Shown in pieces: positions 1 to 11,100 of a DNA stretch of 64,000 bases (the stretch's first letter is position 1; every line of letters starts with the position of its first letter). The stretch is taken from positions 3,844,001-3,908,000 of the forward strand of contig SMSO01000025.1 of assembly GCA_004764695.1 (NCBI GenBank), read 5' to 3'. The notes beneath the pieces were generated by a model. It ran no database searches, was not told the DNA's origin, and saw only the letters and a program-made list of their open reading frames with translations. Origin of the DNA: Schizochytrium sp. TIO01 (taxonomy: Eukaryota > Protista > Bigyra: Labyrinthulomycetes). The position numbers were made by a program, and so were the translations under genes.

Positions 1-1758
1 GAACACCGCGTGCGCGCAAAGGAGACTGAAATGGAGAGGTTGCTGAAGAAACTTGAGGCCGAGACACGCCATAGCACTGCACAGCGCGAACGAACACGCA
101 CGTTGTTTCGAGAAGTTGTAAAACGAGACCCTCGCACAAATTCACAAGCAGACCAAAAGCTTTTGGATATTGTCGAAGGTTTTGAGACAAAGCAGCATGA
201 GATGAATGAAGAACGCGATTTATTGAATGCCGAGATTCGTCGTCTTAACAAAGCCTTGGAGGATCGTGAAAATGAACTAAACGGAAGCCGCGCTTCATCT
301 CTCGAGGAGATTGAGCGCTCACTTATACGAAAAGCCCGCGATGCAGAACTCGATCAACGTGTCTCCCGCGAAGCCCTTGAAAAGCGAGAGCGCGCAATCA
401 TTAGCAAACTCAGCAAGCTGGAGGGCCAGCTAGCTGAAGCTCGTCGCGCTGAACAACGTTCACAGGACCACGTTGAGAACCTCAAACTAGAGCTTGCATC
501 GCGGCCGACGATGCGAGACTGGAAAGCATCACAACACCGAATTGCGAAGCTCGAGTCACAGGTCCAGAGCGCTGTAGAAGCGCTCGAGGAGCAAGAAATT
601 GCGGAAGCACGCCGCAACAATATCTTCGTGCCCGAGTCCCGTCGTCATGTACATGATGGTGTCACTGGAGGTGGTGGATTTGAGGGACCACGCCATACAT
701 TCAACAAAGAACACTCAGGCGACCATCTCACTGCCCGTGATCGTGTCGAGCTGATGGCAAAAAGAGCAATGGCAGAGACTGAGAATAACCGCCGAAACGT
801 GAGCACTGCTGAGTTGATCCGTCGTGATAAGCTCAACCACCGTTTAGGTTTGTCCAAATTGACATCCCTTCCCAAGACTGCTGCTCATGAGATCCTGCAA
901 GACATTTGCCGCATTTTGGAGCTTTCTGATGTACACATGATTGTTCCAGCTTTGCAGAAAATGTGCTGGGTAGTTCGGGCTATGCCTCGTTTGGAAAAGT
1001 TCACAAAGGATGTGTCAAGCTTTGTGCTTTTGCATGGCGATGAGCTCACTCAGCAGACTACTGATGACATAAGTGGAGGAGTAAACCCCACAAGTACCGC
1101 TCTGCAAGCGATCCTCCCTCAGTTGAAGCGTTGGGTTAACGATGTGCGGACAGTGTCTGTGTGGCGTAAGTTCCGCGAGGATCTTCTTCACGAGTTGTCT
1201 AGGGCACCGTCCATGGCATTTCCTTCGGGTAACCCAATGCGTAACCGTCAGTCTTGTGATATGACAAATGATCAGATTGTGCAAGCTGTGGGAGACCTTG
1301 TTTCCCTGGAACGCGGAATGATGGATCACCAAGCAGCGTTTCGCGCTGCAGATGAGTATCTGCTGAATAACCCAGATGCATTGATGGCACGAGCTGTTAG
1401 CCATTTTCAACAACTTTTCGAGCTCCGTTCCGTGGAGGGTGTACTTCCGAAAATGAATGAACTATATGTGTATACGAATGAGATGCGCAACTTTATGCAA
1501 GTGGTCCGCCCAACCTTGGGGCTTGGTCCACAAGCCTCTGTGCATGCCTGTTTGGCAAAACTGCAAGAACTCACTATGCCGTCTTCAAGTTCCCAAAGGC
1601 GAGAGGCATCCTCTATGCGAAAAGTCGCAGAAACTGAAGACGATGCTGATGTTAATATGCAAATGAAATTGCAAGATAGGCCGATGCACTCGCGCTTGCG
1701 TCCTGATGAGATTGGCGTACCACAATGGGTGGATACAAGTCAAGACCAAGGAGTTTAA
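1..1758 (+). CDS. CEP70: CEP70/CRC70-like centrosomal/basal-body coiled-coil protein (5' partial)
   Basis: The frame is open from base 1 and encodes long heptad coiled coils. The C-terminal AVSHFQQLFELRSVEGVLPKMNELYVYTNEMRNF resembles the CEP70 C-terminal block as I recall it ([22 protein letters not shown]). Confidence 0.75.
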   Translation, partial: EHRVRAKETEMERLLKKLEAETRHSTAQRERTRTLFREVVKRDPRTNSQADQKLLDIVEGFETKQHEMNEERDLLNAEIRRLNKALEDRENELNGSRASSLEEIERSLIRKARDAELDQRVSREALEKRERAIISKLSKLEGQLAEARRAEQRSQDHVENLKLELASRPTMRDWKASQHRIAKLESQVQSAVEALEEQEIAEARRNNIFVPESRRHVHDGVTGGGGFEGPRHTFNKEHSGDHLTARDRVELMAKRAMAETENNRRNVSTAELIRRDKLNHRLGLSKLTSLPKTAAHEILQDICRILELSDVHMIVPALQKMCWVVRAMPRLEKFTKDVSSFVLLHGDELTQQTTDDISGGVNPTSTALQAILPQLKRWVNDVRTVSVWRKFREDLLHELSRAPSMAFPSGNPMRNRQSCDMTNDQIVQAVGDLVSLERGMMDHQAAFRAADEYLLNNPDALMARAVSHFQQLFELRSVEGVLPKMNELYVYTNEMRNFMQVVRPTLGLGPQASVHACLAKLQELTMPSSSSQRREASSMRKVAETEDDADVNMQMKLQDRPMHSRLRPDEIGVPQWVDTSQDQGV

Positions 1759-1963
1759 GTGTCAATAAGACAAGTACAATTACCTCATCTCAATTTATGT
1801 TTTGTAGTTATTTCAATAAGTTGATGCTTTCCTGAATGTCACCCTCGTGTTGTTGTGTCTTTATGAAACTTAAGCTGATGCCTTCACGGATGTTGCATTT
1901 TGCAGAGTTTGCAATAATTGAAAAAAATAAAAGAAAAGTAAACTTGATGGCTTCCTCTTTAAG

Positions 1964-3445
1964 CTATGTCTGGGCTATTTTCAGACCAGAAATTTGATAT
2001 AATACAGGGACAAAGAAAGTAATTGCCCATGCAAGAACTGTGTACACAAATACCTTGACAACTGCATTGCCAACGACGTCAATATCACGCGTAAACAGGT
2101 GAACGACCCGGATCGTTCTCCGTTTCCTGCGCTTGTTGTTCTTCTTAGGGCTCTTCTTTCCGTTACTAGATTGGACAACCTCTTCCTCCTTCCGAGGGAC
2201 GATGGAGATGCCTACAAGACGCAGTAAGGTTATAATGAGGATCTTAGCTACTACACGCAAAAGAAGTACAACCACGTATCCTGCTACAGTCCGTGCGGCG
2301 ACTGCAAGCCCCGAGTGCGCTAAAGTCCAATCATGAATTGAATTGCGCATGCTTGCCATCCAATCGGGAACGCTCGTCAAAAGATAGGTTTTGGAAACAG
2401 CAATAATATTACCATGAGTATCCACATGAATGGGCCCAAGGTCATGCAGATGGCGTGATCCAAGAACACAGCCAAAAATCAGGCCAGCTAGCAGAGCATT
2501 TTGCATAAATGTTGGTGTAATAGGCCTGGGTTGAGGATTAAGAAGAAGCATGAGTACTGTTGCGGCCATAAGTTTGAAGGACAAGAGGGGTGTGCTAAGG
2601 TAGTAGCGGTCAAATTTAGCACTCAGAGGAAAATACATCGCTACCCAGGTACAGCCGAGGGCAAGGCCACCTCGGATATCTGTTGGGGTGTGAACACCAA
2701 CATAGAGCCTTGAGAGTGAAAGGGAAAGGATATAGAGAGCTGTGAGCACAATCCATATTACGTGGTCTGTCTGAAGAACCGTTGCACGTAGTTTCTCAGG
2801 TTCAAGGCTGTCTGCGTCAAAGAGATTGTAGAGAAGCACAAAGACACTATTAGATACTGCGTTCATGGCATGGGTTGATGGGAAACCAAAGTCTGCTACT
2901 CCAGTGGAGTCCATGTGCTCTTGAATAGCAGGGCGCCAGACAGGTGGCGACTGCGGCCTAGGGAGTTGGAAAACATCCTTAGCAATGTTGCCCGCGATAA
3001 GCCCAACACATACCACGAGTGTGAGTCTTCTGCCCAGCACATTGTCTACGTTCCAGATCAAGAACGGCAGCGCTAGAAGGTAGAACTCCTCCTCGGCGCA
3101 GAACGAAAACACTTGAAAGTATATGTCAAGCAGTTTGCAGCGCAAGAAGTGCTGTACGGCCAGAACCGTCTTCGTACCTGCTTCGACGCGTCGGAATTTA
3201 TGCTCCCTAAAGGAGGCAATGCTCGGGTGCAGGCACAACCATGCAATGGGTAGCGAGATCGTCAAGGCGAATGCCGTGCGTAACGAGTGTAGGGCGGCAT
3301 CGAGGCGGTGTCCCAGTGAGAGGGGCTGGCGAATTTCCACCTCAGATTCCCACCCAGAGCTCTCCGCTTCGCTGTCGTCGCCACGGCCGAGGAAGCTGCC
3401 GCCCCAAGAGCCCAGCACAGAGTTATCACTTCTACCTCCCTGCAT
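1964..3445 (-). CDS. PAP2-superfamily sphingosine-1-phosphate / long-chain-base phosphate phosphatase (SGPP/LCB3-like)
   Basis: All three PAP2 motifs are present: C1 KDVFQLPRP, C2 FGFPSTH, C3 SRLYVGVHTPTD. It also has the SGPP-type EEFYLLALPFLIW segment and multiple TM helices. Confidence 0.9.
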   Translation of the reverse strand: MQGGRSDNSVLGSWGGSFLGRGDDSEAESSGWESEVEIRQPLSLGHRLDAALHSLRTAFALTISLPIAWLCLHPSIASFREHKFRRVEAGTKTVLAVQHFLRCKLLDIYFQVFSFCAEEEFYLLALPFLIWNVDNVLGRRLTLVVCVGLIAGNIAKDVFQLPRPQSPPVWRPAIQEHMDSTGVADFGFPSTHAMNAVSNSVFVLLYNLFDADSLEPEKLRATVLQTDHVIWIVLTALYILSLSLSRLYVGVHTPTDIRGGLALGCTWVAMYFPLSAKFDRYYLSTPLLSFKLMAATVLMLLLNPQPRPITPTFMQNALLAGLIFGCVLGSRHLHDLGPIHVDTHGNIIAVSKTYLLTSVPDWMASMRNSIHDWTLAHSGLAVAARTVAGYVVVLLLRVVAKILIITLLRLVGISIVPRKEEEVVQSSNGKKSPKKNNKRRKRRTIRVVHLFTRDIDVVGNAVVKVFVYTVLAWAITFFVPVLYQISGLKIAQT

Positions 3446-6311
3446 CCTGCCGGCAGCGGATGGCAGGTAGCCCTACGCGAAGCTCTCTTCTTCAAAGATT
3501 GAAGCAGAGCCCATCCTGAAATGAAAGATACCGTACTACAGCTACAATAGCCAGATGAGGGAATCAATCCAAGAACCCTTGCGGCCGCGAAGATGAATCA
3601 AAGCGGGTCAACAAAAGTCTGGCCGACCATCGTCATGTTGTAGAGCATAAGAGATTGGCTGGAAGAGAAGAGACTCAGCGTGAGGTTGGAAAGCGCGAGA
3701 CTGCGAGACTCGGACAACGGAATTCTCGAAGATTTGAGCATTTCAATGCCACATTGTCGAGTCAGTCGGCACCTGCCTAGTACTACCTACCGTATCGGTA
3801 AGTCCTAGAAGATAGCGCTTCAAGCAGTATCTTTGCCAGGAAGGCAACTCAAGGGTTCCCTCCACTGCTTCAAAGCTCATGTTGGCTTTCGCGGAGTTGA
3901 ATCACACCCCTTCGGACACTCATTCACGGTCCCTAGTAGGGAGTAGGTAAGCGATGGTAAGCTTTGAGTTAAATTGGCGCACGAAGAGAAGGGTCAAAGC
4001 GTTGCGGATTAAGATCGCCTGTTCAACCCCAGGGCTGTGTGCATTTGCAAGAAACAGAAGCGTGAAGACTAGCAAACGTGGGGTCCCTCTCTGGTTTCCA
4101 GTGCTCGACTTTTCTGAGTGTTGGGTTTTCCCTTGGGGGAACAGGAGCACGATTCTTGCAGCTTGCGTTCTTGGCTCACTACAACAGAAGAAATGTGAAA
4201 ATTCTGCGCAACGCCACCGAGGACGCATTTCCGCATCATAATGTAACTGCTTATCTTTCCCTTGTTTAAGAGCAAAGCAGATGATTCGAACGCCCTTGCC
4301 AACAAGCCTTTGTAGATTGCAGCTTTTAGTAACAATGCTTCAATGCATCTGCGGATAGCTTTGCTTTGTTGAAATGTACTGTGTGCCCGGTTCATTTTTC
4401 TTTTGTTGTTCTTTTTAATTTAAAAGAACGTTTTTTTGTTTGTTTTTTTGGCTCCTTGCTTTTTGCTTTCTCATTGACAAAAGGGTTTTCATACTCCCGA
4501 ATTCGCCCTTTATGACACTGCTGGGCCCACAAGACAAACGCCAGGCTTGTGGTCTGAAGTGGGGCAACAAGACTGCGTTTAACATGAAGTCTTCATTAAG
4601 TGCAGGTTCTAATAACGTACCTGGATTAAGATATCGTGCTAAGTGAGTAAGGTTATAATCTATGCGCGATGGGCTGGACAAGGGAGGAATATATTCCGCT
4701 TCTCATTGCGATGCTCACATCCTGTAGACGTTTTCTGAGACTTACAAGTAAACTAAGTACTGTAAAAAAAACGAGCTAGCTCCTTCACAACTTGAAGGAC
4801 TGTATTTTTGCTTCATCTTAGTACTGTTACGTACTCTCATCGCGTTGCTTAAATCATGGAACTGTCCTTCCTGGCTTCATGCTGCAAACGAAATGAGGCC
4901 CAGTACATTATTAAATTGAACTTAATTTTTAAAACTTAAAAAAAATAAAAATTATATAAAAACAACAACGAAGAAAAAACGTCGAGTCGGTCCCTGCAGA
5001 TAGCGGGTTTTGTGTTGCTACCCTTCTTCTTATTATTATTATTAGCCTCCGTTCAATATATTTGCAGGTGCTGTATCAGCTCATACCGGGCTCCCCATCG
5101 CGGTCTTCAAGAGTCTCATTACTTGCAAGAAGAACAAAAAAATCCATCATTAAAAAAAAGTATTCTTCCTGAAAGAGAATACAGCAACCAAGATCATTTT
5201 GCACAAGTTGGTGTTGTGCGTGTTTGCATAGCCATCTAAGAAAATAACAGTATCAGAGGCTTGTTGCATGATGTTTTCTGATGCTTTGAGACCACCCACT
5301 CGACTACTGTCAAGTGTTTTGGCTCTTTTGACAAGTTGTAGCATGCATGATTGTCACTTGATCATCCTGCTGACATCAGCCCGGATTAAATAGTAGATAC
5401 TAGGTACTACTAACAGCAGTAGATCATGGAGATGGTCGTCGCGCTTTTGGACCTTTCCGCCTCTTTAGTTCTCACCACTGGCACTTTTCGCCTTGAATGG
5501 TATGCAGACAGTCTGAGAAAAAAAATCGCCATGAATCACAAAGTTCCTTCGACTTTGACTTTACATCGGTGCTTTATCTACTATTCCAAGGTTTAGTGGA
5601 ATGAAAACTCACAACACTCCACTCTCTCCGCTATTGTCGCCAACGAACGGGAAAAACCATTTTTGAAGGACATGCTGTTTGGCTCACTCAGCTCAGACAG
5701 TCGTTGTGGCGATTCTAGATTCACTGTTCTTCTCCACGGCATCAAACAATTGGGTGGTTGCGGTGACCAGTTTTTTCTCTTGAAGACTTTTGTCGCTTCA
5801 TGCATGCATATGGGCCGCCTAGAGAGTATGCTTTATGTTTTATGCTTCAGCGACCTCGATTGGAAATACCGCAAGCTTTTGGAGTATGCTACGAATCAGC
5901 GCTTTTCTTTGTTTGTATTGTTGTATTTTTTCCAATCTTCCCTTATCTTCGAATTTCTTTCTTGATGAAAGAAAAACAGAAAAACAATTTGGGTGGACCC
6001 ACAAGAGGCATAGAGTAAATACCTACTATGGGTTACTATTAAACTGAGGCATTAGTAACAGTATTGGCACATCGATAAGTACTTAGTCTTCTTCCCACGG
6101 AGGCACTTCCGGCCCGTTCTCTGCTACTGGCAATGTGATTGGCCCGGAAGTGGGATCTCCAGCAGCTCGAAGTTCGCTCATTCAGGGGCTAGCTTATTAG
6201 GTATTGGTGTGCTTCTTCATTAAAAAGTGACTTCGACGTTGGCATATTTAATTCATTTTACTGCCGCTCTTCACGGTTGGTTCATGATATCTTGGAAGGA
6301 GCAAAGGTGAA

Positions 6312-6917
6312 TTAGGAGGTGAAAAAGCCATGCGCTCCTGACTGGCGAGGCGCCTCTGGAGGTGCCGGCGGCTCCCTCGCTGCGGTCCGCAGGCCGCTTT
6401 GTTCTGGCCCAGCTTGCGATAATGGTGCTGCAGCTCCCGGGGCTCGGCTCAGCTCAAGCAGTAGGTGTAAATCGAATTTGATTGGCGTTGGTTGCCCGCT
6501 CTCGACAACTTTTGTTTTCAAGAGAACCATCTGACTTAACGAGTGACGCTACATAAGTTCGGGTTCAGGCTGATGGTCAAACCAAGTCCACCAGGGCCAA
6601 GTTTTGTTTTCTGCACCAACTTGCTTGAATATTGGTTGGCACCTCAGAATCTCATCCAAGGTCTCAAGTGCGCGAGAATTTGAGCTTTTCCACCAAAAAT
6701 TCAAAATGGGAAGGAACCCCTGAAAGCGTCGAACTGACCCCTCATCGAATAGCAGCAGCCCCACGCGCTTCTTCGTCTCTGCCAGAAGCGCCGCTAGGTC
6801 ATCCGTTTCTGCTCTATCGTGGTCTTTGAGATGTCTTTTGTAGATTTGCACTGCCTGCAGAAAACTCCAGTTTGATTCTGCTGCAGTTCGCATTATATCA
6901 ATCACATTCAAGCTCAA
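6312..6917 (-). pseudogene. Interrupted ORF of unknown identity
   Basis: ORFs 6549..6917 and 6312..6530 are in the same frame, separated by a single TAG at 6549-6551 (PELM*RHSLSQMVLL). No homolog recognised. Confidence 0.3.
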
Positions 6918-7671
6918 ATTCGAATTTCAAACTCCTCGAATGCACCAGAATTCAAATTCAATTTTTTTTTTTTTTTAAATAAATCAAATTCAAAATTTTA
7001 ACATTACAAATTTTTATTTTTAATAAATTAAAAACAACAATTATAGGTATACATGAACCACGTAGCGTATATATGAAATTTAAAAAGTTTTAATTAATTT
7101 ATTTATTAAAATAAAACAGTTTTAATTTTTCTGAAAATTGGAAAAAAGCTCTACGTTTAGCAACAGTATACATTACTAGTATACATGTCTAAATTTAAAA
7201 CAAAATATTTTAATTAAAAACTAACGTTTGGAGCAAACTCCCTTTCTTGCGTAGAAAATAGTGTTTCTACTGGCGTCACTTCGGCTGCTGAAAACTCCGG
7301 GCCTAGCCTACCTTTTCATATTAATGAGGGTCACCCGTGGGGGTATGGCATGAGCCCGTCTGCCATTCCGGTCTCCGTCTAGAAATCTCAAAGCATGCTT
7401 CACGGTACCTGCGCTGTGTTCCTTAATCTATAGAGGTAAACTCCTTATTAGTGCCCTATTATTAAGGTGCCGTGAGTAGTCTCGAGGGCAGAAAATTTGA
7501 ATCGTGGCTGCTCGTGTTTGCGATCGAAGTCGATTGATGCCAATCTCATTGGGCGAGAACCTTGCACAAGAAAGAAAGAGGCCTCGTCGCCAACTAGTCT
7601 AGTCTGCCTGCCGCCTCAGTCAGTGGATTCTCCTTCTTCCTCGTCGATGCTCGTGGTCCGCGTGCGAGCAG

Positions 7672-8133
7672 GTGTGGTGTGCGATGGGCGCCTCCCTCGT
7701 GGCGCTGCTCCTGCTCGGCTCCGCCGCGTTCAACACGGTTCCCTTGCGCGGTTCTCTCCTGCTCTTCGCCTTTTCTGGCCGTTCTCTTCTCTTCTCTTCA
7801 AAAGCTCGTTCCCACGACCATTTGTACCGTCAGCAAGTTGCTCGAAGCTGGCAGGCAGCCCATGGCCCATCTTCACGGCTGTTGCCGCGGCATGAACGAA
7901 TTCGAGCTCGTCTACTCGGTCCGCTTCGCAGTCATCGCAGCCATCGCAGTCATCGCAGCCATCGTGTGTTGCAAATCACTGGCCAGCTGGTGCTTGGCCG
8001 GTTCTCTTGCGCGGGTTCTTCGACGTCGCCGACGAGTTAGCTGGCTGGCGAGCTCCTCGCCATCTGGTTCGCAGCGAGAGCGCTATTCAAGAATTCCCTC
8101 TCGCTCCTTCGTCGAGGCTTTGTCCAGGTATGA
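7672..8133 (+). pseudogene. Frameshifted membrane-protein relic, possibly an ABCG transporter C-terminal TMD
   Basis: Pieces across three frames: MGASLVALLLLG..LLLFAFSG / LLFKSSFPRPFV..SPWPIFTAVAAA / MNEFELV / LLAIWFAARALF. Their order resembles ABCG LFxG..P..S...A..NEF followed by the final helix. Confidence 0.3.
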
Positions 8134-11100
8134 GTGAGGCTGTGCAGCATTGCGAGCTGGCCAAGCGAGATCGATATATATATATATATACATAGAGAGA
8201 GAGAGAGGCTGAGCGGGTGAGCGCCTAGCTGCTCGAGTTGCGCGTGAAGAAGAAGCCGCCCTGATCCATTTGAAGGAATGGAATCGTGATCCATGGCGGA
8301 ATTTGCAAAATCCAAGTTCTCTTGAATCTTTTTTTGAAAATTCATGGCCGCGTAATAAATAGATAAATACGCTGTCTTTCCGGGTTGGATCAAACAACGT
8401 TCAGAAACTTGGAAGCGGTTCCGCTCGAGGGCCTGAAAGAGCCTTTGGGGCGAGGCTCTTTTGCGAGCTCGCATCAAAGAACTTGATTGACGACCAGGTA
8501 TGTGATGATAACGAAGGATTGATTGCATGAAATTGAACTCGACCTCAAGTTCCTTTTCTTTTTGAAATCTTCCTTGTTTCGCCTGGTTCCTGGTTCTCTC
8601 TGCTTTCCCAATTGGCCCTGTTCTCCTATCGTTTGCAGTAGGTAGACGCCTACATCTCTGGTCCTTAAGTCAATCAATCAGAGAGGTAACGCTCATGCTT
8701 TTACTTTAATGACACACCTAAAATGTCTCCATTTCTTTTCCACCAGAAAACAAATTACTTTAAATTTTTATTTTTTTCGTATCTACAACTTCAAGCTCTG
8801 AGGGAAACATGGCCTGTTTTATTTATTTTTAAAATTAAAAAATAAAATAAAATATTTGTACAAAACTAAAACTAATGTACGAAAACAACTAAACTAATGT
8901 ACGAAAACAGCACATACTAACTTTGAAGAAGAAGCTGGGCCAACCGCACGCGACCCAAAGGATCTTGCATCGAGCGAGCGAGCGAGCGAGCGGGTGCGAT
9001 CAAGCCATTAGGTCGGCAGCAAGATTCCTGCTGCTTTCGGCCAGCCTCCACGACTTTTCCACCAAGTTTCCAGAGAAAGCCCGCCCTGCATTCAAGTTCG
9101 AGAGAAAGAACCGCCGCAGCAAACGACGCATCCTGGACCGACCCGCCGGCGCTTGCCAAAATTGGGTTCCGCTCTGCGGTATCCTTTAAAGTTTAAACCT
9201 ACTCTAGTAGAGAGTATGAAAATGCTACTTCAATACTTACTTACCTACTGGGAGGTTGGTTGCCAAGTGCCGAATAAAATACGCAGCGCTGGTCAATATA
9301 ATACGCCCCCACCCTACGGCCAGTTAGGGGGTATATAAGTTTCTCCTAAAAGAAGCCCAGCATTGTCCGAAAAGAGAAGCGCCTTGTTGAAGGAAGCTCG
9401 TGTTATTGTATTACCGCGGCACCACTTGGCAACTCGGGCGAACTCTGGAGCTTGGAGCTGATACCTATCTTGGGCCTGCGAACGCCGCACTCGAGGAGTA
9501 AAACTGATGAGCTCGCCACCGCCTGATGGGCGGGTTTAGTCTGAGCTGAGACTGGCGCCACGCGGCCGCGCGCGCGATCGATTGAGCGAGGGAATGGGCC
9601 ACCTCCGCCTTCGTAAGTAGCAGTAGGCGGGTTCTACCCATACACCGAATGAAGAGAGCGAAGCTTTTCTTGATCTTTTCTTTATCCCTACTTGGAAATG
9701 AGCGGATTTTAATACACGTCTTAAAATGCAGATACTACCGAATGCTGCGGATTGTTATTTGTTATTTGTTATTTGTTATTTGTTATTCATTTGTTGATTA
9801 CTTTTCAAATTGTCGAGAACCGAAAGGCCAACACAAGGCAGCGACAGTGGTCTATAACGGAGTGGATCGCAACGCTGGCACTCAGTTCTCCTTCTCCAAC
9901 TGCCTGTGGCTGATTGGCTTCTCAAAGCGACCTCGTGTACCCGACGTCCCACGCTTATTCGCTCTTTTCAAGAGCAGGAAACCCACCAACAAAGAATCTA
10001 AGGAACAAACAAACAAACAAGCGAATACAAGAAAGAAAGAAGAAAGAGAGAGAAAGAGAGAGAGAAGGTCCACTAGCACTCGTAGTAATAGTACTAATGG
10101 TGTTGCTACAAAGCTGTTGCCTTCTGAGCTCGAATGTGAAAACTCGAAACGATCGCAACCGCTCAGTAAACTAAACTCTCTGTGAGAGAGAGAGGCGCCG
10201 CGCGTGCACGGCCAAACCTTGAAGGTTTGAGCTCGTTCTGGCGGGGGATTGACGGAGAAAGCGAAGCCTCAGCGGGAGGACAATTGTGCCTGCCGGTAGC
10301 GAGGTGGGCTGGCATGCGGCGACCAGGTGCCGCGCAGTTGTAGCAGCATCTGCTGATAGGAACCCAAGTGCAAGAGCAGGAGCGGGCTGGTCTCTTTTTC
10401 TCCCGCTCGTGCCCTTTTGCAGACAAAGCTGAAGGAAGGTGCCAGTTCTCTCGTCCCCTTCCAAGTTGGCCTTCCAACTCTTCGTTTGCCCTTTTCGCGG
10501 AATAGGTCTCCGCGGGGACACTGGTGTGTACCAAGAGCGCCGCGGGACTAGGTGTGCACAGCGGTCTCTCTAGTTAGCGAGCTAGCTAGCTAGCTAGCTA
10601 GAGGCGGCGCCGCACGAGGAAGCTGGATATGGTTGGGAGCTGTGAGAACGGCGTGCCGCTTCAAGCTGAAGCTGAAGAGGCCTGCGCCGTCCCTTTCCAC
10701 GCTGACTCAAGTGCTGTGGCTGGAGAGGGTGTCATCATGCTGAGGCAGCAGGCGGCTTCGAGCACTTTCTTGGTGGAGTAGCTAGCTGGGCGGCGGAGAA
10801 ACCGAGAACTTCTTGGCGGATCTTGAAAGTTGCTACAAACCTTGTTACTACCTACTACCACCATGGGAGCACTATCTGCAGGTAGGTAGGTCCTACCTGG
10901 CGAGTAAACAGCGGACACAGACATCGGGTACCTAGCGCGTAGCACTAGTAGTCTTATAAGGCCCAGTTTCAAAAGCTGAGCTCTGTAAATTCTGAAAGGA
11001 GCTTTCGGCGCAGTTTCTTGGACTTCTGATTGTCAATCGCAACTCTTCACGTACCATCTTCAGGCCTTCCGGCCGACCTCTGTCTCTTGTTCGTGCGTTC

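Noticed and set aside
6104-6152. Inverted repeat cacttccgg..ccggaagtg as a MITE or terminal inverted repeat
   Set aside because: The arms are only 9 bp, with no target-site duplication and no second copy seen.
9500-9550. CTGATGAG plus hairpin: hammerhead ribozyme or C/D snoRNA
   Set aside because: No GAAA after the stem, and too short for a convincing C/D snoRNA.
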